This document shows, one piece after another, positions 53,401-64,000 of a stretch of 64,000 nt of DNA (the stretch's first letter is position 1; each line of letters opens with the position of its first letter). The DNA is from Epiperipatus broadwayi. Its lineage: Eukaryota > Animalia > Onychophora. The stretch lies in assembly GCA_028023455.1 (NCBI GenBank), contig JAQFVV010000001.1, positions 14,260,001-14,324,000 of the forward strand, read 5' to 3'. The notes under the pieces were generated by a model. That model saw only the letters and a list, made by a program, of their open reading frames with translations. It did not search any database and had not been told where the DNA came from. The translations under genes and the position numbers were made by a program.

Positions 53401-55109
53401 TTTCAAATCTAAAATAATACTTACTTCTTTTAATTTTCAATGTTTAAATCTATTTATGAGATGAATATAATTTCAACTAAAACAATTATTACGAATGTAA
53501 TATCTTTTTTTATAAATAGATTTAAACAGAAATAATTTTAAATAACAAAACCATTCCAACTTAAGTTTTGAAAATAAATATATCACAGTGTGTGCGCAAT
53601 TACGACCTATATAACCTACTTTTTAAACATATATCTTTTACGTGTACATACACATAATTTACACTGGTTATTTATACTGGGAATTAGAAACATAAATATA
53701 TATAACACGAGTGTTGTACTCGTGGTTTAAAATTGGGTGGGATTTTTGGCATATAAGCGCATTGCAGACATCCTACAATACATTGGGGTTTAAACTAAGG
53801 TATGAGGGTAGGAAAGAGGTGAGAAAAGGTGAAACGAAGATCTGCAAAGCAAATCTCACTGTTTCAGTAATAAGATGTTAAAACTTAAATCTTCAAACTA
53901 AAACTTTGGAAATGACTATGATTTTGCAGGGGTTTTAAAATACATTTTAAGACAAAGGAGAAGCAGTCAAGCTGCACTATTTTCCTTAAAGTAATAGAGA
54001 TGTTAAAACTTAAATCGTGAAACTAATACTTGTAAATAACTTCATGGTTTTTCCAGGGAGGAGTAAAAGCATTGCTATAAAAACTCCAAAATTCAAACAT
54101 CAGAGTTCACTTTCGGGCCTGCCATGTTTTTTATTTTGGGGCTAAAACCAATTAATTAAAGAATTCTGTCCGATTTGTGGATTATTAATTATTAGGATTT
54201 TTGAAAAATAAATATAAAAAAAAACACAAAAACAAATACTTAATAACTTCTTTGAGATATTTATTTATTGGAAACCTATTTTTCTTTCAAAATAACATCT
54301 TTACTTTACCAAAAAAAAAAAACAACCTCAAAATCAGCTGTCTTATAGCCCTTCCAACAGTCCAAATAGATGGTCGATCTGGACTTCATATTGTTGCATA
54401 TGGCCTTCTGAAGGGTATCTGCAGATGAGAGGGAATGGCTGTGGAAAAACATTCGCTAGTCTCTCTGCTGCTCCAATGATAAAACATTATTTTGAAAGAA
54501 AAATAGATTTCCAATAAATAAATATCTCAATGAAGTTATTAAGTATTTGTTTTTATAAAAATGCCACCACGCCAGCTTCGGTAGAAGGCAATTCCCAAAA
54601 CTTAAAATGTCCGCTACAAGAGTCCGCCATTTTTTTTGTTTCGTAGCTTTTCTCACGCAAATGTGACTTTTAGTGCGAGTTTGGTGAAATCTTGCTTGGG
54701 CGTACCCTTTCTGAATTATTGCCCCCTTCCCAGTTGTGTAGCAAAGCATGGCGATGGAGTTACAATTCTTAGTCCATAATATGTCAGGTAAGTTGTAAGC
54801 TTAGTACTTTGCCATGCAGATTTAAAAAGTTGTGCTGATTTCAATTCCAGCCACCCACAGATGATACTGTAGCAAACTTTGAATTGTGAGCATTCAGATA
54901 AAGTGCAGAAGAAGAAGCAAGCGCCCGCAATCGGCTCATAGTAGATCGCAGCTGCGTGTAAAAGGCATTTTTCTGTGCTTTTACATCGAAATAACACCAT
55001 CAAGTGGCCACGATCTAGTAATACCAGATAGCAGCTGCATAAACTGTATATTTCGATGTTTTTCATAGAAATAACGCCACCAAGTGGCCAATCCCAGCTA
55101 ATAGAACAG
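50411..55109. mobile_element. 4.7-kb TIR-bounded, TA-flanked non-autonomous element with composite interior
   Basis: ~70-bp imperfect TIRs: left ctagtctattagctggaatcagccacttgatggc...tatgaaaaaacacagaaatata, right reverse complement ctgttctattagctgggattggccacttggtggc...tatgaaaaacatcgaaatata. TA at 50409-10 and 55110-11. Confidence 0.65.
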
Positions 55110-55728
55110 TACTGATAATAGTCTTTTTAAAGAAACATTTACCTTTAGTTTATAAACTATGTGTCTGATAAAAAATATACTAAATTAATATTTTTTATAT
55201 TATACAATGTTTTTACTAATGTTTTGACCGATGGAAATGCAAATATTATATGTAATATATTTATCATGATATATCTACTATATACAACCACTGGAATACA
55301 AAATATATGTATGTAGAAAAACATCTTATTTCACCTGAAAATGGATCTTTGATTTAATACTTTATAGAGATAATGCATGTCTGGATTAGATATTCAGAAA
55401 GGACTGGAATAAACATTTATCTTTTCAGGCTATTTAATATTTTTCCTAGATATTATCAGATTTTATTTTGTTATTTATACATTTCATTAAATGATGCTAA
55501 GGGAGGAGTATGATTTTATTCAGAACTTTCTGTCCATAACTAGGCAACGGGGGCAGTTTTTCTGACAAGCGTTCAACTTATAAAAGGAAGAGAAACTTTT
55601 CATAACTTTAAAATTTCTCATGAATTTTTTTTTTAGTCTAACGTTAGTGAAAAAAAAGTTAACAAACGAACATTTTGCAAATATATTAAATTACTTTCCA
55701 AAAAAAAAAAAACCTAACCTAGAGGAAC

Positions 55729-55967
55729 ATTTCTTACAAAAGAAAAAAATATTGGTTATTTTTAAAAAAAGCTAAAATAAAGGAACATTTATTATCAAAC
55801 CGAACAAATTAATTAGTTTCAAAAATAATAAAATAACGAAATTTTAAATTTCTTACAAAAGAAAAAAATATTGGTTATTTTTAAAAAAAACTAAAATAAA
55901 AGAACATTTATTACAAAACCAAAAAAAAGTAATTAGTTTCAAAAATAATAAAATAGCGTAATTTTAA
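55729..55967. repeat. Tandem duplication, 2 x ~119 bp
   Basis: atttcttacaaaagaaaaaaatattgg starts at 55729 and 55848. Confidence 0.85.
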
Positions 55968-56191
55968 AGAGTGGTCTGTGTATTGTTTATTTGTTATAAT
56001 ATTAAAGAAAATATAATGGCCCGGTAATGTTATATCGATGTGTTTTGTTGGAGGAACAACGCCATCAAGTAGGATAGATTGTCATATGTATCAGTACTAA
56101 GCTTATGATATAAATGCAGTTGTTAGATCACTGTTGAATGATTAAAATATATTTTGTTTAAATGTTGAATTTATTCACAGTTTGTTTTGTA

Positions 56192-56340
56192 AATTCGAGG
56201 TCAGATTGAAAAAGGACCACCTTATGTAATTAAGTAGAGTTATTATTATATTTGAGATCAGATCTAAAAGGACTATCTCAATTAAGTTGAATTATTAAAT
56301 CAGGATTCGGACCTAAAATGGCTATTCCCTAGAATTATCA
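56192..56340. repeat. Degenerate ~50-55 bp tandem repeat, about 3 copies
   Basis: Recurring (ga)g(g/a)tcagat..aaaa(a/g)ggac.a motif. Confidence 0.45.
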
Positions 56341-57399
56341 TTGTAAGGGAAGATGTATTGGTTATAACAATTTCACACTAGATATATATTTATGTGTAAC
56401 CATGCTGTGAAGCTAAAGATAAGAATAAATGTATTGTATTTGTGAAGATCAGCCATATGTAGAATTATAACCAGAGTGTATTAAAGGCCATGAATTTACA
56501 GCAAGTGTGCTCAATCATATCATGTATTATAATATGTAACAGAATGATTAATGTTTTAAAATCAATCAAAATAAATCATTTCATATTTGTTTTCTAGTGT
56601 GCGTATGAACTAAAAGTGAAAAGATATTGGAGAAATGGCTTTTAATTAAATCATTATTATTAAATTATAATCATAAAGGTAATTAAATTATAAGAAAAAA
56701 TTTGATACTTTGTAAATAAATCATTATTTTGTTATTTGTTTAAATAAAATATATTATCTTTTTTATATATAATGTTGTCTAATCTGCATATTAATTCCAT
56801 GTTTATTTCATCGGCAGTAGCTCACTCATGTTTTATGTGATTTGACCAGATATTGCAAATAGTGGTAGTGCAGTGGTCATCATTACAAATTAAAGAAAAT
56901 ATTTTTCAAATCTTATTATTTTTACATAAATAAAGCATTTGTGCATATATAGTTTCTGATGTTTAATGTCAGGGGGCACCTGAATCAAATTATATTTACA
57001 ATATATATATATATATATTCAGGATATACTAATGGTTTGGCAATTTGTAGCCAAAATTTAATGTATTTCCTGACCTGATACTGCCAAAAGTGTCTATAAA
57101 AGACCCCAGATATTTCTTTGATTAACTTAATCTCCAGAAACATTCATCTTTTAAATATGATAGAAACTTATCAGACATTGCCTGCAAGCATTCTCATATA
57201 TTGTAAATCATAAAATTTTGTTTCATATTTCAAATTTTATAAATGTAGCACATTCAATTTGAAAATATTTTTAAATAACTGTGACACACTTCCAGCAGTA
57301 TTGCAAATGGGATAAACGTAAAGTTAAGATTACAGTTATTTTGAATTTAAGCATATATTCATAATAAGAAACTAAAAAGATATAGCACTATATATATAT

Positions 57400-57532
57400 C
57401 ATATTTGGAGCAAAAATATTTCAAATTGCCATATTTAAATAATATGCAACGATTAGTTAATTTATCAATAAAAATGGAGAGTATGCATATTATTTAGATA
57501 TGACAATTTGAAATGCCTTTGCTCCAAATATG
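57400..57532. repeat. Fold-back, ~49-bp imperfect arms
   Basis: catatttggagcaaa...taatatgca (57400-57448) versus tgcatatta...tttgctccaaatatg (57484-57532). Confidence 0.75.
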
Positions 57533-58928
57533 GTTACGACGTATTTTCCTCTATAAAATTTCTGATGTATTTCATAGACACATACTGTAATGGAAAAAAA
57601 GTAAAATAGTGAAAAGTTTATTGATGAGCATTGATCATTTAAAGTATTTATGGTGTTTATACCAGTCTATAAATTTATGTTTAAATGACTTTTCCCATAG
57701 AATTTACATTAAGTGTTGATGACTTTTCTAATAATCATTGCATATCATTACTATTAGAGCTACAGGACATCTTTTTTGTTGAAACTTATCAGGCAACGAT
57801 AAGATTTAAATTATTCAAAATCAATAAACATGACAATCTTAAAACTTAATTTTAATGAATTATGTTTATTAATAAAATCAAAACACATTAACTAACATAC
57901 AGCACTGAGACTTCAATATAAACATGAGGGATTTCAAGTACTATATATTCCTTCCATCTCTGATATTTTTCAGCAAACTTACTGATGATAAAACTTTATT
58001 TAATAGTACTAATTCCTGAAAAATAGCTCTTATTCTTCCAAACAATTCTTTCTTTACTTGATCTCAATTGGTCTAAGCAAATATAATTATTAATTTTTTA
58101 AATTTCTTCTCATTAATTACGATGTCCTCAGGTATTAATGTTTTCTAAAATATATAAATTTTAATCCTTTCTTTAAGTTGGCTAAATATAGTTCACAAAT
58201 TTTTGATTGCAAACTATTGACTACTTGATACAAAAATATGATCTGTAAAGCTCAGATAACTTAGATAATCACCAACTATCTTGGAAGCTAGTATATCTCA
58301 ATCTAAATTTTTTAATACCTCTTTTAAAGTTCCTGAAAATAATTTTGGAGAAAATGAATTGCATTTAAGCACACCATTTGTTATTTAAATTTTCAAAAAT
58401 TTTATGCAACTTTTATTGATGAAAATTTTTGTATATATATTTGAGTACTTTCAGTATAAACCTATGAATACTATTTTTCAAACATTTTTTAAATTTTGAT
58501 TTGTATGATGATAATAAACATCTGACCTCCTAGAAAAAAATTTGATATTTTGTATAGTGGCATCTTTGAACAGAATAAAGTAAGAAGACAAAAAGAATAA
58601 AAAAATAGTATTAAAATAGATATATATTTGTGTTTAAAAGAGAAAGCTTTTAATTACATTATATTTAGCTATGATTCTAGGTAAAATATAATAAAAGTTA
58701 ATTACAAAATGGAGAAACCAAGTTTCTAAAGAAGTATGGAAAGTTGGGAATAATGAAGAAATATTATGAAAACTAAGTCTAATTAAATAGTGAAAGATAA
58801 ACTGAATGAACGTAGTAAAAAACACTAAGCAATTGAATCTAAAAAATAAAAAACACTTGAAAATAAAATGTAAAACAGTTTTCTAGATCTCTATTAAAAA
58901 AATTAGAAATAAACATATAACAACATAC

Positions 58929-59138
58929 CTTTTTACACTTGAAGCATACATAGTATGCATATCGTTCCATAGCAAATTCAGCAGGACATTTATAAAATCT
59001 GGCACCTGGTGTAGTAATAGCTTCTGCCTTATGAAGGCCTTCATATTCTAACCTCATCAAAGCTTTTCTACGAACATCTTCATATAATGCTCGGATAGGA
59101 GATAAAAGATCTTTTAATAAAGAATGATTCATTTCGCT
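58929..59138 (-). CDS. MYCBP2: MYCBP2/highwire exon, helix-turn-helix linker into tandem-cysteine domain
   Basis: On -: caatag| acceptor, |gtatgt donor. Reads SEMNHSLLKDLLSPIRALYEDVRRKALMRLEYEGLHKAEAITTPGARFYKCPAEFAMERYAYYVCFKCKK (210 nt). Confidence 0.96.
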
Positions 59139-61243
59139 CTATTGGGAGGGGGGAGGGATAAATATACATGTGTGAGTTTATTACATAAATAAATATATAC
59201 TAGGAATATAAATATGTGTGTTATGTGTTTAAATGGGTGAAAGATATCAGTAAAATATGTTTGAATTTTTCAGTGTATGGGATTATTATTATTGTTGTTG
59301 TTGTTGCAATAATGTTTAAGCCATATGTCATTTCTTATAATATTGATAATACAGGTAGATATGCCACTACCTGTTGTCTGTTAAAAATGCTGTCAATGCA
59401 ATTTAGATTTGCAAACATTTTTTTTTTTTTTGTACCAGCTTTTCAAGCAATACTAGCAACAATGAGCTCCCATATTACCCACAAAATAAGTGAGACCTGG
59501 CTGAAACATTGATGCAACAATAATAAACATCCATATATGGGAAAACTCAAATTTTATTCATACACTGTATAAAACATAAACACATATATATAAATTCTTA
59601 GTATCGATTGAGTCAATATAATTTAACTATTTTTAAAAAAATTTCTGATTAAATGGCATCTAATTATAAATATGAATTCAGCATTAAATTATTTTTTGAA
59701 AATTTTACATAAATGCTTAATAATAATAATAATTATAATAAAAAAAAAAAAATAAACAAATAAAATGTAAATTTTAGTGAAATTACTACAGAAACATTAA
59801 CAATAGCTACTTAATTGATAATTACAATAATAGAAATGTGAATAAGTTTAAAGAAATAATTGAATAAATATAAATTTAAAGAAATAATTGAATAAAGATA
59901 TAAATAAATATAATATTTAATAAAAATATAAATATATCCAAAAGTTCCTTAGAAATAAATGAATGAACATAACTTTAAAATAAATAAATAAACAGGAATA
60001 CTAACAGATATTTCACTTTAAATAGCTAAAACATTTTATATTACACTAATTAAAACGTTTTTTTGTTATTTTTAAAATACCGATTCAGAAGATATTTAAA
60101 AATTTCTGAGAATAAATAAAATTTAAGATACAATAGTTTAAAATAATTTGTAACAATTCAAGTTCTGATCACAAGTTGTAAACAATTATACATATATATA
60201 TACATTAGCTCTCGCGTATTATTATCTTTAAAATAATATAAAAACCTACTAAGCATGCTCATATATTTAAATATACAGAATAAATACAAAAGATAGGTAT
60301 TATCTGAAACAGACATTAATATAAATAAACAAATAAGCAGAATCTATATATATTAATAGAAATTTTAATTGTAGATAAATTAAATGAAACCTTTAAATTA
60401 ATCGTAAATCTTTAAGTAGGAGCAAGAGAATGGAGTTAATATTAATTTTAAAATGATTAAAAAGTCTCAGAATTCTATATGAATTAGTATAACTGCTTTG
60501 ATAAATGTATCAATTATTTATTTTATAATGTCTTAAGAGTAATTAAATAGAATATTAAAAATATCTTTAAACACACACTATTTTAACTATAAACAACATT
60601 CAAATGTATACCTAAAAAGAATAAAGATATATAAAAAAAGGTCAAAAGTATTATAAGCCATTGGGTCAGATTCACTATTAGGTTTACAAAATATGTGATT
60701 GAGCATTTTTGTCTAAGTGTTAAAATATGATTTACTTTACTAAATATTTCTTAAAGTAGTGGACTTTTTATTGAATCTTTTCAAAGCTCATGATCAAATA
60801 AACCTCACTCAAAAAATAAATAAATTCTATATTATTTAACCTATTTTCATATTGGTAAACAAAAGTACACTATACTGAGTTATATATTATGCAGTCATGT
60901 TTTCCTAGGTTCTAAAAAAGAGAAAAAAAAATTGAAAGTTCTTCAAATTATAGAAACGTTCTGATGTTTCTATCTTCAAGTTAGGATAATGATCCAGTAT
61001 TCTGCTTAACTCACAATTTATAAATTAACCAAGATTCCATTATTTTAAAGCAATATCACAGAACTTTGTAAAAAGTAATAAAGTATGTATAATTAAAACA
61101 ATGATAAATTATTAGTAGTAGTGTAGCCATTAGACAAAAAAAAAATCTAATAATTAAATAGTAAATGATTATTAATATATTTATTTTATGTATATGGGTT
61201 CTGTTTGACAAATTTCCATGTTATAAACATACACATATATATA

Positions 61244-61709
61244 TATGATAAACAAAACAAGTTACAAATTTCGTAACTTGCTATAGCTTGCATTTTATGT
61301 TCACTAGATGGAGCTTTACCAATAGCCCACTATCAAGCTTTGTTTACATAAACACTGAGAGAGATAGAATTCAATATCTCTTTCAAATTGTCTCCAACCT
61401 TTAAACCATGGTTTCGAGCTAGTTGGCTCATGTCAGTAAAGGATAGGAAGACCAGAAACTAGATATAACTCCAACTCTACTAAACCACATTTATGAAACA
61501 CATTTCTATCAGTTTGAAAGCATGAATTTTTTAGATACATAAATATCTTCAAATCCAGTCAAACAAACTAGATAGCTATATGGGTCTGAATTCAGTTCAG
61601 TTTCACCATATAATAAAAGCCTCTGCAATCTATATCATTGCAAAAACCTTCAAGGGTGCATTTATGATAAACAAAACAAGTTATAAATTTTGTAACTTGC
61701 TATAGCTTG
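61244..61709. repeat. 419-bp unit bounded by 47-bp direct repeats
   Basis: tatgataaacaaaacaagtta(c/t)aaattt(c/t)gtaacttgctatagcttg at 61244-61290 and 61663-61709. Confidence 0.8.
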
Positions 61710-62247
61710 AATTAGAAATATCATAGTTTTGTAATAATATGACTACTATTAGATACTATAAGAGAACTAAATTATTGTAAGAAAAGAATATCACTCAGAG
61801 CATATTTAATTGTAATAAAAATCAGACATTTTGCCATTCATTTTATTTAAAAAATAAAAATATGGTACAGTAAATTTTTTTTCTTATTATTTTTTCAATG
61901 AATTCACGAGTGAACACACACACTAAGTAAAAAAAAAGTAAACGTGTCTCCTCAATTTATTATTAATAACTATTTTGTTTATACTATAATCTTAATTTAT
62001 ATATGCATACTACACATATAGAAAAAAGACTGTGTTATATATTGAAAAATATTGTATACTTGCAGTTCAATAAACATGTATCTTATTTTAATCAAAGTTT
62101 ATCAATAAAGAATGAGCTATGACACATGATATACATGAGGGAGTGAGCTTGGAACAAAATATAGCAGATATAATGGCTCCACTGTACTATATTAACTTTT
62201 ATATATATATATTAAATCTACCACCTCCTTTATTTTGCTGTAATATT

Positions 62248-62420
62248 TAATATAAATACAATTTCTATGCCTTACTTCAAACACTTTCTAGCAAAAATTT
62301 CTTTATTGTGTATATTTATATACACACACACAATAGGATAGTCGAAACTTCAGATTGTGTGTGTATATGTACACAATAAAAAAAATTTGAAGTAAGGTAT
62401 AAAAATTACATTTATATTAA
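62248..62420. repeat. Fold-back with a partial hammerhead-like 3' half in the loop
   Basis: Arms ttaatataaat...ccttacttcaaa...tacacacacacaat versus attgtgtgtgta...tttgaagtaagg...atttatattaa. Loop aggatagtcGAAACTTCAG. Confidence 0.65.
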
Positions 62421-62702
62421 GTATGTATACCCATATATATCAAGATATCTGTATTTATTGATGGGTGAGTGCATATAGATTTAACATCAATTTAATAACG
62501 CATGTGTGCAAATTAATTTCTACGAGATTATATATATACCAGATGTACCCGATCTAAATGGGTCATGTTTTTTTTTTTAATGGTAGCTTTAACAACTTTT
62601 TTTTTAAGATTTAATGTAAACTAAACAAAAGATGTTAATATTATATAAATAAATGTCAGAATTATACACCGCCTGAAAGGCTGTCTTTCAACTTCAATTG
62701 TA

Positions 62703-63130
62703 TACTAACGAAAACTAAATGGAAATATGGTATTATAGTATCTGTTTTTTCTCCTCACTAAATATCACATTTCAACATGAGTTTATGTACTGTATTCACA
62801 TGTCCTTCACGATTTAAATACTATACCTCTACAGTAAAAGCATATGTACTGAATTTTTTTTCAGAGTGTTTTTTATTAATAGTGACTTCCCTACCATAAA
62901 CATAATAATATGCTAACCAAAACTGAATGGAAATATGTTACTATAGCATCTACCCCCCCCCCCCCCAAACTAAATATCACATTTCAAACATGAATTTATG
63001 TACTGCAATCATATTTTCTTCCTGATTTAAATACTATACCACTGTAATTAAAAGCACACATACTGATTTTTTTCCAAGTATTTTTTATTAATGGCAGAAT
63101 TACTTTCTTTACATAAACACAATATATTTT
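62703..63130. repeat. Tandem duplication, 2 x ~208 bp (diverged)
   Basis: ctaac.aaaact.aatggaaatatg and actaaatatcacatttcaa each occur twice, about 208 nt apart. Confidence 0.8.
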
Positions 63131-63662
63131 TTTAATTGGTTGTGAATTTGATATGTGACAGCCTTACGAATAAATATACATTCAGCAACCAGACAACAGA
63201 GAAAATAGGGATTTTATGTAACAAAATGAGAATAATATGTGTTGTAAATGTTTTTTATTTATGTAGAGTGATAATCCCACTATACAGGATTATGAGCTAT
63301 TATTTGCTAATTCAAACTATCCGCTAAGAGGTCTTGGAACAAAATTCAGCAGATATGGGAATTCTGTTGTATTAAAAAAACCTCATACCCATGAACACAC
63401 AACTTTAACAATTTCTGATTCAAACTGGTTTTTTGTATACATACATACTGGAATTTTTGTTTTGTGCACAATTTAAATTGAATAGGATTTTCTAGAACAA
63501 TATTCTTTAAGTATATATTCACGTAATAATTTATTTTATTTTACTAAAGAAGAAATAATTAAACAATAAAATATTCACCTAAAAATATACGCTTATTATT
63601 TATAAAATCTGATGTTTTATGAAAAAAAAACTGTGTATGTAAAGACATACATATATAAATAC

Positions 63663-63770
63663 CTTGCAAATTGGGCATAATGAAAAACCAAAAGTAATCC
63701 TTGGGCCAACCCAACGTTTTCTTAAAACATTCTGGCAGCAATGTAAATGAAATACATGCCCACACATCAA
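63663..63770 (-). CDS. MYCBP2: MYCBP2/highwire exon, C-terminal half of RING-H2
   Basis: On -: tttacag| acceptor, |gtattt donor. Reads LMCGHVFHLHCCQNVLRKRWVGPRITFGFSLCPICK (108 nt). Not in the ORF track frame. Confidence 0.95.
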
Positions 63771-64000
63771 CTGTAAAATATATGTATAAATAAATATATG
63801 TTTTTAGTAATAAAACTAAATCTTAAAATAGTGTCTGTACATATTATATACAGAGTTTCTATACTTCTATAAAAGTTTATAACCTACTTTTCTGCACTAA
63901 CTGTAATTATTTAGTAAATGTTGAAACATTTAACAGCAGACCAGGTTTGTTTTATAATAAAGAAATTTATTTTAAAGCTAAATGCTTTCAAATAATGAAA

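Noticed and set aside
54456-55068. Cluster of 60-116 aa ORFs
   Set aside because: Overlap on both strands, partly derive from an inverted duplication, and match no known family.
1-64000. CRISPR arrays, rRNA, bona fide tRNA genes, prokaryotic operons
   Set aside because: The DNA is intron-containing and eukaryotic, the repeats lack repeat-spacer structure, and the tRNA-like pieces do not form complete cloverleaves.

Overview
Very AT-rich, intron-rich eukaryotic (animal) DNA; arthropod or chelicerate origin is only a guess from composition and protein similarity. Two host genes converge tail-to-tail. On + are the last 6 coding exons of a histidyl-tRNA synthetase (6720-28953). On - are the last 5 coding exons of the E3 ligase MYCBP2/highwire (63770-33421), covering the RING end and tandem-cysteine domain. 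Both gene models were assembled by hand and all splice phases are consistent. The introns hold transposon relics: a Ty3/Gypsy gag-pro fragment, L1/Tx1-like and RTE-like LINEs, a TA-flanked MITE, a Merlin-like transposase relic, a GIY-YIG (Penelope-like) relic, tRNA-derived SINE relics and a 4.7 kb TIR-bounded element. The most interesting signal is a recurrent class of non-coding insertions from three sequence families. Five copies (205-420, 7035-7950, 17763-18101, 34390-34940, 39694-40706) have exact 12-13 bp target-site duplications and two inverted arms whose outer ends are staggered by about 25-60 nt; three of them also wrap around a 340-470 bp monomer in tandem. An older sixth locus (42780-43985) has the same geometry. 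Two of the three families carry minimal type I hammerhead ribozyme motifs with palindromic stem III on the strand that reads outward to the flanks. This suggests Penelope-mobilised, retrozyme-like RNAs inserted by priming from both target nicks. The third family has no canonical hammerhead but conserves a GAAA-tetraloop hairpin. All alignments and folds were done by eye; no database searches were run.
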